A stretch of DNA of 64,000 bases, taken from the NCBI GenBank assembly GCA_043816345.1, contig JBDRIA010000064.1, forward strand, positions 9,759 through 73,758, written 5' to 3'. Below the pieces are notes generated by a model. That model was not told the origin of the DNA. It saw only the letters and a list, made by a program, of their open reading frames with translations, and did no database searches. Made by a program: the position numbers and the translations under genes. This DNA is from Chloroflexota bacterium. Its GTDB lineage: Bacteria > Chloroflexota > Dehalococcoidia > Lucifugimonadales > UBA2985. Of this stretch, positions 63,350 to 64,000 are shown piece by piece (the first letter of the stretch is position 1; the number at the start of each line of letters is the position of its first letter).

Positions 63350-64000
63350 CTACCTCCCCCTCCTGCCCCCCATCCCCATCACTGGCACCAGCGCTGCAAG
63401 GCACAGAACCATCGCCACCCTGAAGAACTCCTGAAACAGCGTGATTGACGCCTGGTTAAGCTCGGACGCATACTCCGGCGAGAGGGCCGATGGCAGCCCG
63501 GCGGTGAGGACCAGGAAGCGGTCCATCCCCCACGCGCTCAGGGCCGCCAGCCCCAGGGCCATCCCTATCATGCGGGCCACCGTCACCAGCGATGCGGCCG
63601 TCGCCTGGTAGTCGTCGGGGCCGGCGTCCATCGCCGTCACGAACAGGGGCGCAATCACCAGCCCGAAGCCCAGTCCCGCCACCGCCAGGTGCATCGTGAG
63701 CTGCGGGTCGCTTATGTCCAGCTCCCATCCACTCATCAAGAACAGCCCGATTGCCGCCACCACCAGCCCCACCGAGGCAACAGCACGAGCACCCACGCGG
63801 TAGGTCAAATATCCACCAAGAAGCGCGCCTATTGGCATGGCCCCTGTAAGGCGCATGAGGCGCAGGCCACCCTCCAGGGGACTCTGCCCCAGGACGGTGT
63901 TGGCCATCAGGGGTACGGTGACCAGGGCTATGATGAGGGCAGCGCCCATGAGTAGCTTGGCACTGACGGCGGAGATGGCAGCCCTGGATCGGAAGAAGGC
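63350..64000 (-). CDS. MFS transporter, C-terminal part (gene continues past the window end)
   Basis: ORF 63350..63949 stays open upstream to position 64000 (AFFRSRAAISAVSAKLL-MGAALII...). Multi-TM product typical of DHA2-like MFS C-terminal halves. Confidence 0.8.
   Translation of the reverse strand, partial: AFFRSRAAISAVSAKLLMGAALIIALVTVPLMANTVLGQSPLEGGLRLMRLTGAMPIGALLGGYLTYRVGARAVASVGLVVAAIGLFLMSGWELDISDPQLTMHLAVAGLGFGLVIAPLFVTAMDAGPDDYQATAASLVTVARMIGMALGLAALSAWGMDRFLVLTAGLPSALSPEYASELNQASITLFQEFFRVAMVLCLAALVPVMGMGGRRGR

Overview
GC-rich bacterial chromosomal window. Gene content and the dispersed TTCGACAGGCTCA-type repeats suggest an anaerobic Chloroflexota-like lineage, but that taxonomic guess is inference only.

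Gene content, left to right:
- 1-6.3 kb: obg (partial), dnaA, a decayed rve-transposase relic, an Lrp/AsnC regulator, two half-size EamA transporter genes and nadE.
- 6.3-10.6 kb: an accessory stretch. It holds repeat clusters, a G-quadruplex-prone tract and a low-GC two-gene restriction-modification-like module. The methyltransferase of that module carries an N-terminal DCD/PUA-like domain.
- 11-16.3 kb: housekeeping genes (rny, a ymdB-like gene, a PHP phosphatase, plsY, tRNA-Ala, a cupin).
- 16.7-43.5 kb: a co-directional C1/Wood-Ljungdahl supercluster. Order is NuoEF-like subunit, selenocysteine FdhA, cooS-acsB-acsD-acsC, a RACo-derived mini-ORF, cooC, acsE, an hdrA that appears split by a nuoE-nuoF-nuoG' cassette, selenocysteine mvhD, metV-metF, hdrC-hdrB, a conserved hypothetical gene and fhs.
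- 44.4-64 kb: glnA with an archaeal-type nrpR, a CDGSH protein, ccdA, yhhQ-queF, rsmE (frameshifted), prmA, dnaJ, hisS, a five-gene peptide/nickel-type ABC transporter, a low-GC pair of zinc-ribbon genes and a partial MFS transporter.

Most notable observations:
- the split hdrA/nuoEFG' chimera inside a MetFV-HdrABC-MvhD module;
- the DCD-methyltransferase plus nuclease island;
- two in-frame UGA (Sec) codons that the ORF track splits;
- internal-deletion relics of RACo and of a second fdhA;
- a GC-rich repeat family that is embedded in frame inside coding sequence.

Caveat: three frameshifts in conserved genes, two of them within G/C homopolymer runs, may be sequencing artefacts. They lower confidence in any single-nucleotide inference made here.
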